From Felis catus (Eukaryota), in contig NC_058383.1 of the NCBI RefSeq assembly GCF_018350175.1, positions 15,688,001-15,752,000 on the forward strand: a DNA stretch of 64,000 nucleotides, in the 5' to 3' direction. The notes beneath the pieces were generated by a model. That model did no database searches and was not told the origin of the DNA. It saw only the letters and a list, made by a program, of their open reading frames with translations. The translations under genes and the position numbers were made by a program. This document shows, piece after piece, positions 26,172 to 38,984 of the stretch (position 1 is its first letter; each line of letters opens with the position of its first letter).

Positions 26172-26359
26172 ATATGTATTGTATGATTCCGTTTATATGA
26201 AACTTAAAAACAAGCTAAATCAAATCCATTATAAATTCAGGACAGAAGTTATGGTTAGAAAGGAAGAGGGAATGATTTGGAGGGGCAGGAAGGAGGCTGT
26301 TGGGGGTACACTTACTGTCTCCTTGAAAAGGAAAAGAAGCATCTCTGGGTTAAAACATG

Positions 26360-28192
26360 ATCCCATTTACAGTTGTACCAAGAACCACAAAATACCTAGG
26401 AATAAACCTAAGCAAAGATGTAAAAGATCTGTATGCTCAAAACTATAGAAAACTTATGAAGGAAATTGAAGAAGATACAAAGAAATGGAAAACATCCCAT
26501 GCTCATGGATTGGAAGAATAAATATTGTTAAAATATCTACAGTACCCAAAGCAATCTACACATTCAATGCAATCCCAATCAAAATTGCACCAGCATTCTT
26601 CTCAAAGCTAGAACAAAGAATCCTAAAATTTGTATGGAACCACAAAATACCCCAAATACTCAAAGTAATATTGAAGAAGAAAACCAAAGCAGGAGGCATC
26701 ACAATCCCAGACTTTAGCCTCTACTACAAAACTGTAATCATCAAGACAGTATGGTATTGGCACAAAAACAGACACATAGACCAATGGTCCAGAATTGGAC
26801 CCACAAATGTATGGCCAACTAATCTTTGACAAAGTTGAAAGAGTGACCAATGGAAAAAAGACAGTCTCTTTAGTAAATGGTGCTCGGAGAACTAGACAGC
26901 AACATGCAGAAGAATAGAACTAGACCACTTTCTTACACCATACACAAAAATAAACCCAAAATGGATGAAAGACCTAGATGTGAGATAGGAAACCATCAAA
27001 ACCCTAGAGAAGAAGGCAGGCAACAACCTCTTTGACCTCACCCACAGCACTTTCTTGCTCAACACATCTCCAAAGGCAAGGGAATTAATAGCAAAAATGA
27101 GCTATTGGGACCTCATCAAGATAAAAAGCTTCTGTACTGCAAAGGAAACAACCAACAAAACTAAAAGGCAACCAACAGAATGGAAAAAGATATTTGCAAA
27201 TGACATATCGGATAAAGGGCTAGTATCCAAAATATGTAAAGAACTTACCAAACTCAGCACCTGAAAAACAATCCAGTGAAGAGATGGGAAAAAGACATGA
27301 ATAGACATTTTTCCAAAGAAGACATCCAGATGGCCAACAGACACATGAAAAGATGCTCAACGTCACTCCTCATCAGGGAAATACAAATCAAAACCACACT
27401 GAGATACCACCTCACACCAAAGTGGCTAAAATGAACAACTCAGGAAACTACAGATGCTGGCGAGGATGTGGAGAAACAGGAACCCTCCTGCACCGTTGGT
27501 GGGAATGCAAACTGGTACAGCCACTCTGGAAAACAGTGTGGAGGTTCCTCAAAAAATTAAAAATAGAACACTATGACCCAACAATAGCACGACTAGGAAT
27601 TTATCAAAAGGACAGAGGAGTGCTGATTCACAGGGGCACATGTACCCCAATGTTTACAGCAGTGCTTTCAACAATAGCCAAATTATGGAAAGAGCCTAAA
27701 TGTCCATCAACTGATGAATGGATAAATAAGATGTGGTTTATATATACAATGGAATACTACTTGGCAATGAGAAAGAATGAAATCCTGCCATTTGCAGCAA
27801 CGTGAATGGAACTGGAGAGTGTTATGGTGAGTGAAATAAGTCAGTCAGAGAAAGACAGATATCATATGTTTTCACTCATATGTGGGTCTTGAGAAACTTA
27901 ACAGAAGCCCATAGGGGAAGGGAAGGGGAAAAAAAATAGTTACAAACAGACAGGGAGGGAGGCAAACCATAAGAGACTCTTAAATACACAGAACAAACTG
28001 AGGGCTGATGGGGGGAAAATGGGTGATAGGCATTGAGGAGGGCACTTGTTGGGATGAGCACTGGGTATTGTATGTAAGCGATGAACCATGGGAATCTATC
28101 CCAAAAACTAGGAGCACACTTTATACACTGTATGTTAGCCAGTTTGACAATAAACTATATTAAACAAACAAACAAACAAACAAACAAACAAA
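26360..28192 (+). mobile_element. 5'-truncated carnivore/felid LINE-1 (3' part of ORF2, 3'UTR and tail), disrupted
   Basis: ORF2 peptides [26 protein letters not shown] and [32 protein letters not shown] are split by stops and frameshifts. G-rich 3'UTR, AATAAA near 28149, (AAAC)n tail. Confidence 0.93.
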
Positions 28193-29444
28193 TAGCTAGC
28201 AGAAACAAACTGCCAATAGCCTGCACAACCTTCATTCAATTATGAAACATGATCAATAGATTTTTGCTACAAGATGAAGCCTTTGTACACTCTCGTCTAT
28301 CAATTTATTATTTATGAGAAAGTGTCATTTGTTAAAATGCAAAATATATTAGGTGAAAAATACATGAAGGTTCACATGAAGGCCACTGATGTTTATCCAA
28401 GAGTTCAAGTCCCCAAAATGAATGTTTTAACAAAGCAACATTGAACTTCTATCAAATTCAACTACTCTGATTCAACAAAAACAAAAGAATATAGGAAAAT
28501 TTGGGGACGGTATCTATGTCTCTAAGAAAGTGAACATAAATCGTTGATTAAAAAAAAGAAATCTAGGAATTTCTCAGTAGTTGAAACACCCAAGATCACA
28601 CTGATGTTTTAAAAATTACCATAAGGGCATCTGGGTGGCTAAATTGATTAAGCATCCAACTCTTGATTTTGGCTCAGGTCATGATCTTATGGTTTGTGGG
28701 TTTGAGCCCTGCATCAGGTTCTGTGCTGACAGCACAGAGCCTGCTTAGAGTTCTCTGTCTCCTCCTCTCTCTGCACCTCCCCTGTTTGCATGCTCTCTCT
28801 CAAAAATAAATAAATAAACACTTTAAAATGTCATAAAATACACATATTCAAAAAATAAGCAAGGAACAAGAGAATATTTTAATATAGCAGGCAGATTAAA
28901 AAGAGCCAAGAGAGAATTAGAAAATGAATCCAAAGAAATTACCCAGAACATAGCAGACAGACAAGACAGAAAACATGAAAGAGATGTTAAAATATTTAGA
29001 GGGCAGAATGAAACATTTTAATATTCAACTAACTGTGGAGTCCAATGACAAACTGGAGAAAATGGAAGAAACACAACTTTCAAGGAGAAATGGCTGAGAA
29101 TTTTACAGAAGTAGTGAAATATAGGAATTTGCCTAAAATAGGTACACAGAGCCAAATAAATAAAAGAAAAAAGCCACTGTTAGATATATTGTAGTAAAAT
29201 AGTACAGTTGTGTGTATGTACATGTATCTCCCTATATATACATAGGGACACCCACCTGATAAAGATCTTAGATGCAAGTACTCAAGAAAAAGGCAAGTGG
29301 TAAACATGTACATAAACATAAGTAAATATTCTCTACAGATAATAATAATGATTCTAACATGTGGGGTTAGAAAAAAGAACTGAAATAGTCAATAGTAACA
29401 GCAAAAGCATTAAAAGGGTGGTTATCTAAGGGTAAATGTTTATA

Positions 29445-29659
29445 ATTTTTTTTCAACGTTTTATTTTTATTTTTGGGACAGAGAGAGACAGAGCATGAAC
29501 GGGGGAGGGGCAGAGAGAGAGGGAGACACAGAATCGGAAACAGGCTCCAAGCTCTGAGCCATCAGCCCAGAGCCTGACGCGGGGCTCGAACTCACGGACC
29601 GCGAGATGGTGACCTGGCTGAAGTCGGACGCTTAACCGACTGCACCACCCAGGCGCCCC
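29445..29659 (-). mobile_element. Young felid CAN-SINE
   Basis: TSD taagggtaaatgttta on both sides. Confidence 0.94.
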
Positions 29660-30317
29660 TAAGGGTAAATGTTTATTTGAAGATTTAAAATATCAAACAG
29701 CTTTACATTTTATCAGGTAGAGCTTGGACAGTAATAATTTAAGACTAACAAAAGAATATATGTCTAACTTCTAAAACAGCAGGAGGGGAAGATGGAATTT
29801 TAAAAATCAAGCAAAAAAAGAGATAGCTAGAACACAAAACAAGTGGGGAAAATAAGAAAATACTTGAAAATAGAGTTTTAAAAAGTAAGGACAGGGGCTC
29901 CTGGGTGGCTCAGTTAGTTGAGCATCTGACTTTGGCTCAGGTCATGATCTCATGGTTTATGGGTTCAAGCCCCACGTTGGGCTTTGTGCTGCCAGTGTGG
30001 AGCCTGCTTTGGATTCTCTGTCTCCTTCTTTCTGTCCCTCCCCTGCTCATGCTCTCTCTCTCTCAAAAAGAAATAAACATAAACATAAACATGATAATAA
30101 TAATAAAGTGATCCTAATAAATGTAGAAAACTTGCTAGAAAAAGGATATTTGCCAGATTAAATACAATTCTAGCTACAGGCTAAGAAACCATTCAAACAT
30201 AAAGACTTAGAAATGTTGAAATTTACAAAATAGAAAAAGACACACAAGGGAAATTACAACCAAAGTCAGGGTAGCTATTAAGTACTAAAAAAAAAAAAAA
30301 AAAAAGTCTTTTAAAGA

Positions 30318-30494
30318 TAGGGTTGCCAAATTTAGTGAAAATAAACAAAACCGAGGACTATGTAAGTTAAATTTGTATTTCAGATAAATGATGAATAGTT
30401 TTTAACATTACTTAGGACATACACTAAAATTTATTTGTAGTTTATCTGAAATACAAATTTAATTGGGCGTTCTGTATTTTATCTGGCAACTCTA
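30318..30494. mobile_element. MER3/MER33-like hAT MITE
   Basis: tagggttgcca..tggcaactcta termini and an internal inverted repeat aaatttgtatttcagataa / ttatctgaaatacaaattt. Confidence 0.75.
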
Positions 30495-30859
30495 CTATAA
30501 GACAAAAAGCATTTTTAGTGACAGAATCTTTAGATTATGATAAAGTGCTCAATTTGCCAGGAAATGGTAATGATTGTAAACTTGTAAGCTTCCAATAAAG
30601 TAGCCTCAAAATAAAGCAAACTTTGACAATTTCATGAAGAAATGGACAAACCTGGAGTGCCTGGGTGGCTCAGTTGGTTGAGCGTCTGACTTCAGCTCAG
30701 GTCATGATCTCACGGTTTGTGGCTTCGAGCCCCACATTGGGCTCTATGCTGACAGCTCAGAGCCTGGAGCCTGCTTCGGATTCTGTGTCTCTCTTGTCCT
30801 TCCTCTCTTTCAGAAATGGACAAACCTGTCATGGTGGACAAAACCTCTATCTTGTCTCT

Positions 30860-31125
30860 CTGTGCTGTCAGTGGCTGCTTTCCTCAGGAGCTACGGCACC
30901 CAAGTGCAGTTCCTCCAGGTTTTCACCACAGTGGCAAGTGGCAAGGCCTCTCTGCAGCCCTACGGGTGGTAATGGCTTCTCTTTCTTTCTAGTTATTGGC
31001 CCTTTCTCATTCCTTGTTGACTCTTAACCATGGCCACATTTCAGTAAAGCAACCCTTCAATAAAATCTTGTTGGCTAAACTCTTTGAAGTGTGCCATCTG
31101 TTTCCTGTCACTATCATAACAAATA
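30860..31125 (+). mobile_element. LTR16-like (ERVL) 3' fragment
   Basis: ggtggtaatggcttc..cccttcaataaa..gtgtgccatctgtttcctg. Confidence 0.55.
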
Positions 31126-34100
31126 CAAGTAGGTGCAGAATTATGGAGAGTGTAACAGGGTTGGAAAAATCAGCATCTTGTGATTATCATAATAAAGACT
31201 GCTGTGGGCAAAAATCATCAGTGGTTGCTAAATCTAGGTTGAAAAGTCTAATGAAAAGCAAGATATTCACACAGTCTTAAAGTGTAAAGTTGCTTTAATT
31301 GAAAGGGAGAAAATAATAAATGTAGAGTGGGAACACTGGAAAAAATACCTTCACAAACAGAAAAATTAACATCACCAAGGAGGAACAGACGAACATCATA
31401 TGCCTTCAGATATGATTCCTTAAGAATGAAACAAAACTGTGTATCCAGTATCCTGCTGGGAATGTACAGTCTGATTTAACCATGAGAAAACATCAGACAA
31501 ACAAACCCACAGTTAGGAACACTGTATAAAATAACTTGCCTCAATTCTTCAAAAATGTCAATGTTATGAAAGACAGAACATATGAGGAAATGTTACATAT
31601 TAAAGGGAACTGAAACAACAACACGGAACTAAACACAATATGTTACCTTAGACCAAAACCTATACTGGTAGGGGGGAAAAACTAGAAAATACATTACTGG
31701 GACAATTGACAACACTGAAATACAGACCATAAATCAGATAAAAGCATTATGTCAGTGTGAAGGTTTCTGAATTTGAGAACTGTACCAAAGTTATGTAAGA
31801 AAATATCCTCACTCTTAAGAAATATTAAAAGCAAAGGGGCATGGTGTATACAATATATCGTCAAGTTATAAATGAATAAATAACATAATACAATATAGTT
31901 TGTATATGTGTGTTATTGTAAAATGAGAAAACAGAAGTAAACCTAGTAAATATATTTTATACACATACAGAGAGCGAAAGAGAGGAGGAGGAGAAGTAGT
32001 AATAGTAGGGGGAGGTTGGTGAAGGACAGAATTATGGCCAAAAGATACAAAATGACTAAATCTGAGAAAGGATATACAGGAGTTCTCTGTATTGCTCTTG
32101 CGACTTTTCTCTCTGTTTTAAATTATTTCAAAGGAAAAAGTGCTATGGATATTGCTCCATTAACACTCTTTGTTACACTTGAAAATATGATGAAAGATAT
32201 TGATTCTATTTCCAGGAAAATCAATTTGCATCGACATACATAAGTTTGCATATTATTTTAGGGAGTTCAAAGACACCATAGAGTATGTGCACGTTAAGAA
32301 CCACTGCTCCATTATTTCTAACATCCAGTACTGCAAAAGAGAATTCTGCCATCAGCATAGTTTTTATTTTTTTGTAAGTAACCTATTATTTTCTGTCTCA
32401 TTATATGTAGGTTCCCCCCACCCCAGGATATTTGAAATTTTAGAAATACCACCAAATATGGTACCGACGTGTTTTTTTCATATGTTCTTTAGAAAATGGC
32501 AAGCCCTTTTATTCTTCAGGTCATTTTCAGCCTTAGACACTTTCTTTACAATGACAAATGTGATTGATGCTTCTGTTCCATTTCTTCTGACTTTTCCTTT
32601 GGAGATTTCTATTCACTGGTTAATTTTCAATTTTCTGTCTTTCATATGCGTACTTTTTTCTACCTATCATTTCCATCTCTGTCCTTTCAATGTTCATTCT
32701 AGAAGAGCACCCCAAGTGTGGTCTCTATGTCATTAATTTTACTTTTTTTTTTGTAGCATCAGTTCTGCCCTTTATCACATGCTCCTTATACTCCAGATAT
32801 GTTGTTTACCTGGAGCTGTGACTTGAGAATGGATACAGAAAGACAGAGTGACTATAGAAAGAGGGGAGAGATACCAGGGTTAGGATGTTTTGCAAACCAG
32901 CTAACAACTCTAACTTCTTCATTTTCTAGTCAGGGCAGCCCTTTCAATCTGGAGTTAGAAATGGATAGTAAAGGTGAGTCCAATCCTTGGTCTGCCTTCT
33001 TTGTGGCCATTGGTAAAGCTGGGATTAAGGAAGTGACATGAGGGGTGCTTGGGTGGCTTAGTCAGTTAAGTGTCCGACTTCAGCTCAGGTCATGATCTCA
33101 CAGTTCATGAGTTCCAGCCCCGCATCAGGCTCTGCAATGACTGTGGGGAGCCTGCTTAGAACCCTCCATCTTCCTCTCTCTCTGCCCTCCGCTTCACACA
33201 TGCTCTCTCAAAAATAAACATTAAAAAAAAAAAAAACAACAAAAAAAGGAAGTGACATAAATGTGGTCCTCAATGTAATCAATGATAAAATTATTGGAAA
33301 ATTTCCCCATTCTTTAGCATAAAGCTCTTTCATATCTTTGTTCCTCTTTATTAAAGTTTTAAGGAATTTTTATTTAAAAATTTTAAACATTTTTATTCAT
33401 TTATTCTTGAGGGGTAGGGGCAGAGAGAGAGAATCCCAGGCAGGCTCCATGGCATCAGTGCAGAGCCCAATGTGGGGCAAAACTCTCGAACTGTAAGACA
33501 ATCATCTGAGCTGAAACCGAGAGTTGGACACAATTGACTGAGCCACCGAGGTGCCCTTCTTTATGGAATTTTAAATGATTGGAGGGGTGCCTGGGTGGCT
33601 CAGTTGGTTGAGTGACTGACTCTTGATTTTGGCTCAGGTCATGATCTCACAGTTAGTGGGTCTGAGCCTTGTGTCAGGCTCTGTGCTGACAGAGCAGAGC
33701 CTGCTTGGGATTCTCTCTCTGCCCTTCCCCCACTCATGTGTGTGCTTGCGTGCTCTCTCTCTCAAAATAAATAAATAAATAAACTAAAAAAAAGGCCAGG
33801 AGGCACCTGGGTGGCTCAGTTGGTAAGCATCTGACTCTTGATTTCAGCTCGGGTCATGATTTCATGGTTCATGAGATCAAGCCCCATGAAGGGTTCTGTG
33901 CTCACAGCACAGAGCCTGCTTGGGATTCTCTCCCTCCACCCCTCCCCTGTGTGCTTTCTCTTTCTCTCTCAAAATAAACATTTTAAAAAATGGTAATTGG
34001 AAAAAGCTGTTTCAGGCACTGGAAATCTGATACCAAGTTAGCCTAGAAGTGTCTTTTCCCATATTTTCCCCTGATGAGGAGCACAGGGTAAAAAAATGAC

Positions 34101-37100
34101 TTCTAATTATTCTGGTTTATTATATTCCCATCATAGATGTGGATCGTCTAAGAGTTAGATATTATTGTTTAGTACAACCATTTCTGAATGTTTACAATAT
34201 GTATTAATTGACATAAAGAGAATTGGTTTCTTTCTATAAAATTCCAAGGGAAACTGTAAATAGCTACCCAACCAAACCTCTTGGCTGCAAATGTTCTCTT
34301 TCTCAAAAGGTGGTCTTACTAATGAAGGCAGAAAGAGAAAAATGAGAGGAACGATAGAACCTGCTTCTTTTGTTTAAGAGACTGGATTCCTCATAGGCCT
34401 TCAGATAGGGTCACACCTGAAAACAACTGCTGTTAAAGATGGTTTAAATGTATTAAATCAGAAATGACACAAGTAAGGAACACAAGGCTTGTACACACAA
34501 CAAAGGGGCTCCTTTGACATTTGATCTAGGTAAGTAAAAAACAAAGACGATGACTCATTTTATACAGCAAAAAAGCAAATATGGATGCATGAAACTCATT
34601 ACCCCCAAGAGGATTTCTGGCAGAAAACAAATTATTGGTATACACTTATGAACGACTGTGCCAAAATGGTGACAGAGAATGAGACAAGATTTGACTTTGA
34701 ATGATGAGTCACAAAGAGCACAGTCTTGCTGTGGCTACTCCCTTGGGGTAGTCTCAGATTTTAGACTGACCCAGTGGACAAATTCCTGGGTTTCTAAGAC
34801 CAGTTTTTATACCTTTATTTTATTAAAACTTTTTAATGTTTATTATTTATTTTTGAGAGAGAGAGAACGTGCAAGCAGGGGAGGGGCAGAGAGGGACACA
34901 CAGATGCAAAGCAGGCTCCAGGCTCCGAGCTGTCAGCACAGAGCCTGACAAGGGGCTCAAACTCACAAACCGTGAGACCATGACCTGAGGCAAAGTTGGA
35001 TGCTTAACCGACTGAGCCACCCAGGTGCCCCCAGTTCTTATGCCTTTAAAACACAATGGAAAATTTTCTGTCCTCTTATCATGATCTTATTACTTCTACA
35101 TCATGTCTTTTCTAAATACCTACATCTTCTTCCTGTATACAAACCCAATCTTTGCTTCTTCAGAAGCAACTAGGTGTTATGCCTAGAGCACTTATTTACT
35201 TATTACCTGTTTAATAATTGAAGCCTTAAAATGATACATCTAAACGCTGACTGAAGTATTCTGAGAGATGGTAAAATGTACAACTCTGAACTTCCTCATA
35301 TATTCTTCATAAAATGCCCTAAGGAAACAATTCTGCCTATTTTCAAAGTCAAGGCAAAACTCTTGGGCAGGGAGGGAAGCCAAATTAAGGAACTGAACTT
35401 AATTCTACAGTTGTTGCTTTGAAGGTCTATGAAAATTTTAAGAGAGTAAGTATTCTTTTAACTAAAACAGCTAAAATTTGAGTACAAAAAATCAAGGAAA
35501 TGAGGAATAGCTAAAGACTTATCATCTTCCAAATTCACCAAGAATAGTATTGGTTGGAATATTCCTACTATGGCCCAGAAGCCCAATTAAAGGAAAGGAG
35601 TCCAAGGGGGAATTTTTTCCTGGATGTGAATTACGATGTCTCACATAACTGTGGCAAGAGCAGAGTCGAAGATGATATTCACAGACAGCCAGAACCAGGA
35701 CTTCAAATAATGCCAGACTCTCTTGGACTCACTCTGCTTGCCTCACTGGGTGGGCTTTATTCCTGCTACACACTGAAGAGTAGGAGTCCACTAGCATTAA
35801 CTGCTAGTTACTGCTTAACGCTACAATAACAGAATAACTGGTTAAAAGTAGCTCAAACATATAAGAAGTCCAGAGGTGAAGTGAATGGTCAGTCCTGAGC
35901 TGTGCTCAGTAGCTCAGAAATCAAGGGTCTCAGGCCCTTTCCTTGTCTTCCTTTTATCATCTTCAGGGTATCAGTGATACCTTCTCTTACAACCTCAAGA
36001 CGGCTGCAGCACAGCCATGCATAATGTTCTTCCATAGAAGTGTTCAAAAAGCAGGAGGGGAAGGATGAGCTCTTTTCACAGAATTCTTTATTTTTTTTCC
36101 AGAAAATTCAATGTCTCCCAGAAAACTCTAAAAGACATCTCCTTACATAGCTTTGCCTAAGTAAAAATTGGCCACATCCTTATCCCACCTCTAAGAAAGT
36201 CTAGAAAAATTAATAACAGGAATTTTTATTTTTTAAGAGATAGTTCCTACTACAGGAAAAGATGGAACAGGCAAGCAAAAATGTCTAACACTTCTGCTAA
36301 CAGTTCCTATGCCTTATATCAAGTTCCTTCTTGCTTGCAACTGTGGGTTCTACACCCTGATATCTGCTTTTCCATTTGACTATTTGCTCTGCATTAGTAC
36401 TGTCTATTCAGGTTTCCAACGCATATTCCATTTATACTTTGATCTGCTTTTCAGCTCTCTCTTCAGGTTTAGTAACAAGGTCTTTAAACTGTTTTCTGGC
36501 TTGACTCATGTGCCCTGAGGACTCTGTTCCTCCTACCTGCTCAGTGACTCATAGATGCTTCAAGTATAGATGATCATATCCTATCTCACCCCTACTTTAG
36601 ATTCCTACTCAGTTTAACGAACAACTCCATCGAGCTTCTTCCTACCAAGGAATGCGTTTGGTAAATAAGTTCAATGTTGGTCACCAAGTTTCAGGTCTCT
36701 GTGAGCACGTAGGTGGAAGGATTCAAATGGCAGATGGAAATATGGAGCTCGGAGCTTAGGAAAGAAAACCACTAGGAGATACCAAATTTATGATCATCAG
36801 CAAATAGGCTGTAATCAAAGCCATATAAGGGGCGCCTGGGTGGCTCAGTCAGTTAAGTGTCCAACTTCAGCTCAGGTCATGATCTCACGGTTTGTGAGTT
36901 TAAGCTCGGCATTGGGTTCTGTGCTAAGAGCTCGGAGCCTGGAGCCTGCTTCAGATTCTGTCTCTCCTTGTCTCTCTGCCCCTTCCCCGCTTGTACTATG
37001 TTTCTTTCTCTCTCTCTCAAAAATAAATAAACATTAAAAAAAAAAGCCACATGAGTGGATGAGTTTGATTAAGGAGGCCACAAAACAGAAGTCCTTAATC

Positions 37101-38944
37101 TGATGGGCTTCAGGGACATCTATGAATTCACTGAAATTGTGGGTAAAATTCTGTGTATCTATGTGTCAGTATTTCTAAGATAGGAATCCATACATTTCAT
37201 CATGTTCTCAATTAGGTTTATAAATCTAAAAAGATAGAGGGCACTATTTACTTAAATGTGCCACAATTTTGGGATTAGAGACTATGATGGGAAAGAGTAT
37301 GGAATATGTTAGTATTTAATTTCCAATTTACCCTCTGAGTCACAGCAACCACCAAGCACATGATTTTCTATTCAAAATTGGGCAATATGTCCCCAAAATA
37401 TGCTGACTCAGAGACCAATACTTCCAGACTACCCAGAACTGTAAGAAAACCAGCACGTTTAGTCCTGGAGCTTTGTATTCTGTATTCTTGGTCAAAATGT
37501 GAATTTCTTCCCACTCCCATCCCATAAATAAAGGGAACAATCTCCTGAGCCATCTTCTTTTTCTGGAGCCATTCTCACATCACATCTGACAATCAAAGAT
37601 CACTTTCTAAGCATTACTTTAGGAAACTTCATGATCATCAATGCTGCACATAATAGCATCTGAATTTTTGCAGGCAAAAAAGCTTTGAAAAAACATAGGA
37701 TTTGGATTACAAGAAGGGCTACGAAACCCAACCCCACAAAACGGGAATGCCAGCTTGTATGCATTATCATGAAGTGCTCAAAAATGCAATTATAGTTCAC
37801 ACTTTATCTTTTTTTGGCTCAAAATTATTTGTCACTTTAGAAATAGAGATGGGGGAGGAAGGTTTTTATCCAGTGTGAATTCAGAAACCCTTTAAAAAGC
37901 CACAGATGTGTATGAAACAAATTCTCTAGTCACATGGATTCAAACCACAGCATTCTTCCCAACCTTTCAAGCAGACCAAGAATAATGTAGCCAGTCAACT
38001 TGCATGTAGGAAAACTATAGTGTCTATTGCCTGGAAAACCTCTAAATATCATTTGTACATATTTCTGGTTTATAAAAAACATTCTGATATCATACAAAAG
38101 AGAAAGCTATGAATTACCAATTGTCAAGAGATTACCAAGGACTATGATAATGGATGTTAGATTGATGTGTACTTCATCTTTAGCAGAATGTAAACTTTTT
38201 TAAAACTTCAGAGATGGTTCACAAAAGAATGTGGACATGTAGGTAATAACTGGAAAATGTTCAACTACATTAATCAATGAGACCTATTAAAATCAGCAAA
38301 AATCAAAAATAAAATTACCTATATTATATGGATAGTCCAAAAGATTAAAAAGAAATTATCAACATATATCAAGCAACTTAAAAAATTTCAGATACTTGGA
38401 CCTGGTTTAATTCTACTTTTTTTAGTCTACGTTAGAAAAAGACACTAGGGGTGCCTGAGTGGCTCACTCATTTGAGTGTCCGACCCTTGATTTCTGCTCA
38501 GGTCATGATCCCAGGGTTGTGGGATCAAGCCCTGCATCGGGCTGGGCTCCATGCTGAGCATAGAGCTTGCTTGGGATTCTCTCTCTTTCTGCCTCTAACC
38601 CTCTCCTTGACTTGCATTTTCTTTGTCTCTCTAAAAAAATAAAAAACAAAACAAAAAGAGACGAAAATGTAATTTGTACCAAAAAATGTATTTTGTGCAA
38701 AGATGTTCACTATAATATAATTTGTCAAACAAAATTGTAAGCAGCAAAAGGAAAATGGTGAAATGAATTATAGGACACATACTAGGGAAATATATTTTAT
38801 TTGTTCATTCATTTACTGACCTACTACTGTGCTTCAGAAAGGATTTGAGGTAGCTCATCTGGTAATATATTATGTAACCATGAAAAATTATGTTTAAAAA
38901 GCAACATGCTAACGAACATTAGGAGGAAAGGGCTGGATACAAAA

Positions 38945-38946
<2 letters not shown>

Positions 38947-38979
<33 letters not shown>

Positions 38980-38984
38980 CGCGC
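38947..38984. repeat. (GT)n followed by (GC)n, an alternating purine-pyrimidine tract
   Basis: Read directly. Confidence 0.93.

Larger units (their letters stand above)
23925..26330 (+). mobile_element. Old L1M-type 3' fragment hosting three insertions
   Basis: L1 3' motifs (aatcactttggaaaac, tgtatgattccgtttatatgaaa) resume after each insertion. Confidence 0.6.
28860..30650 (+). mobile_element. Very old L1 ORF1/ORF2-junction fragments
   Basis: A-rich degenerate L1-like sequence (gaaattacccagaacatagcag, gaaatggctgagaattttacagaa). Confidence 0.5.

Noticed and set aside
26485..27805. Reverse-transcriptase-associated ORFs as a novel system
   Set aside because: Ordinary L1 ORF2 C-terminal region, 5'-truncated and broken by stops and frameshifts.
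32200..32736. Longest ORF (178 aa)
   Set aside because: Begins in a MER103-like repeat, has F/L-rich composition typical of T-rich non-coding DNA, and resembles no protein I recognise.
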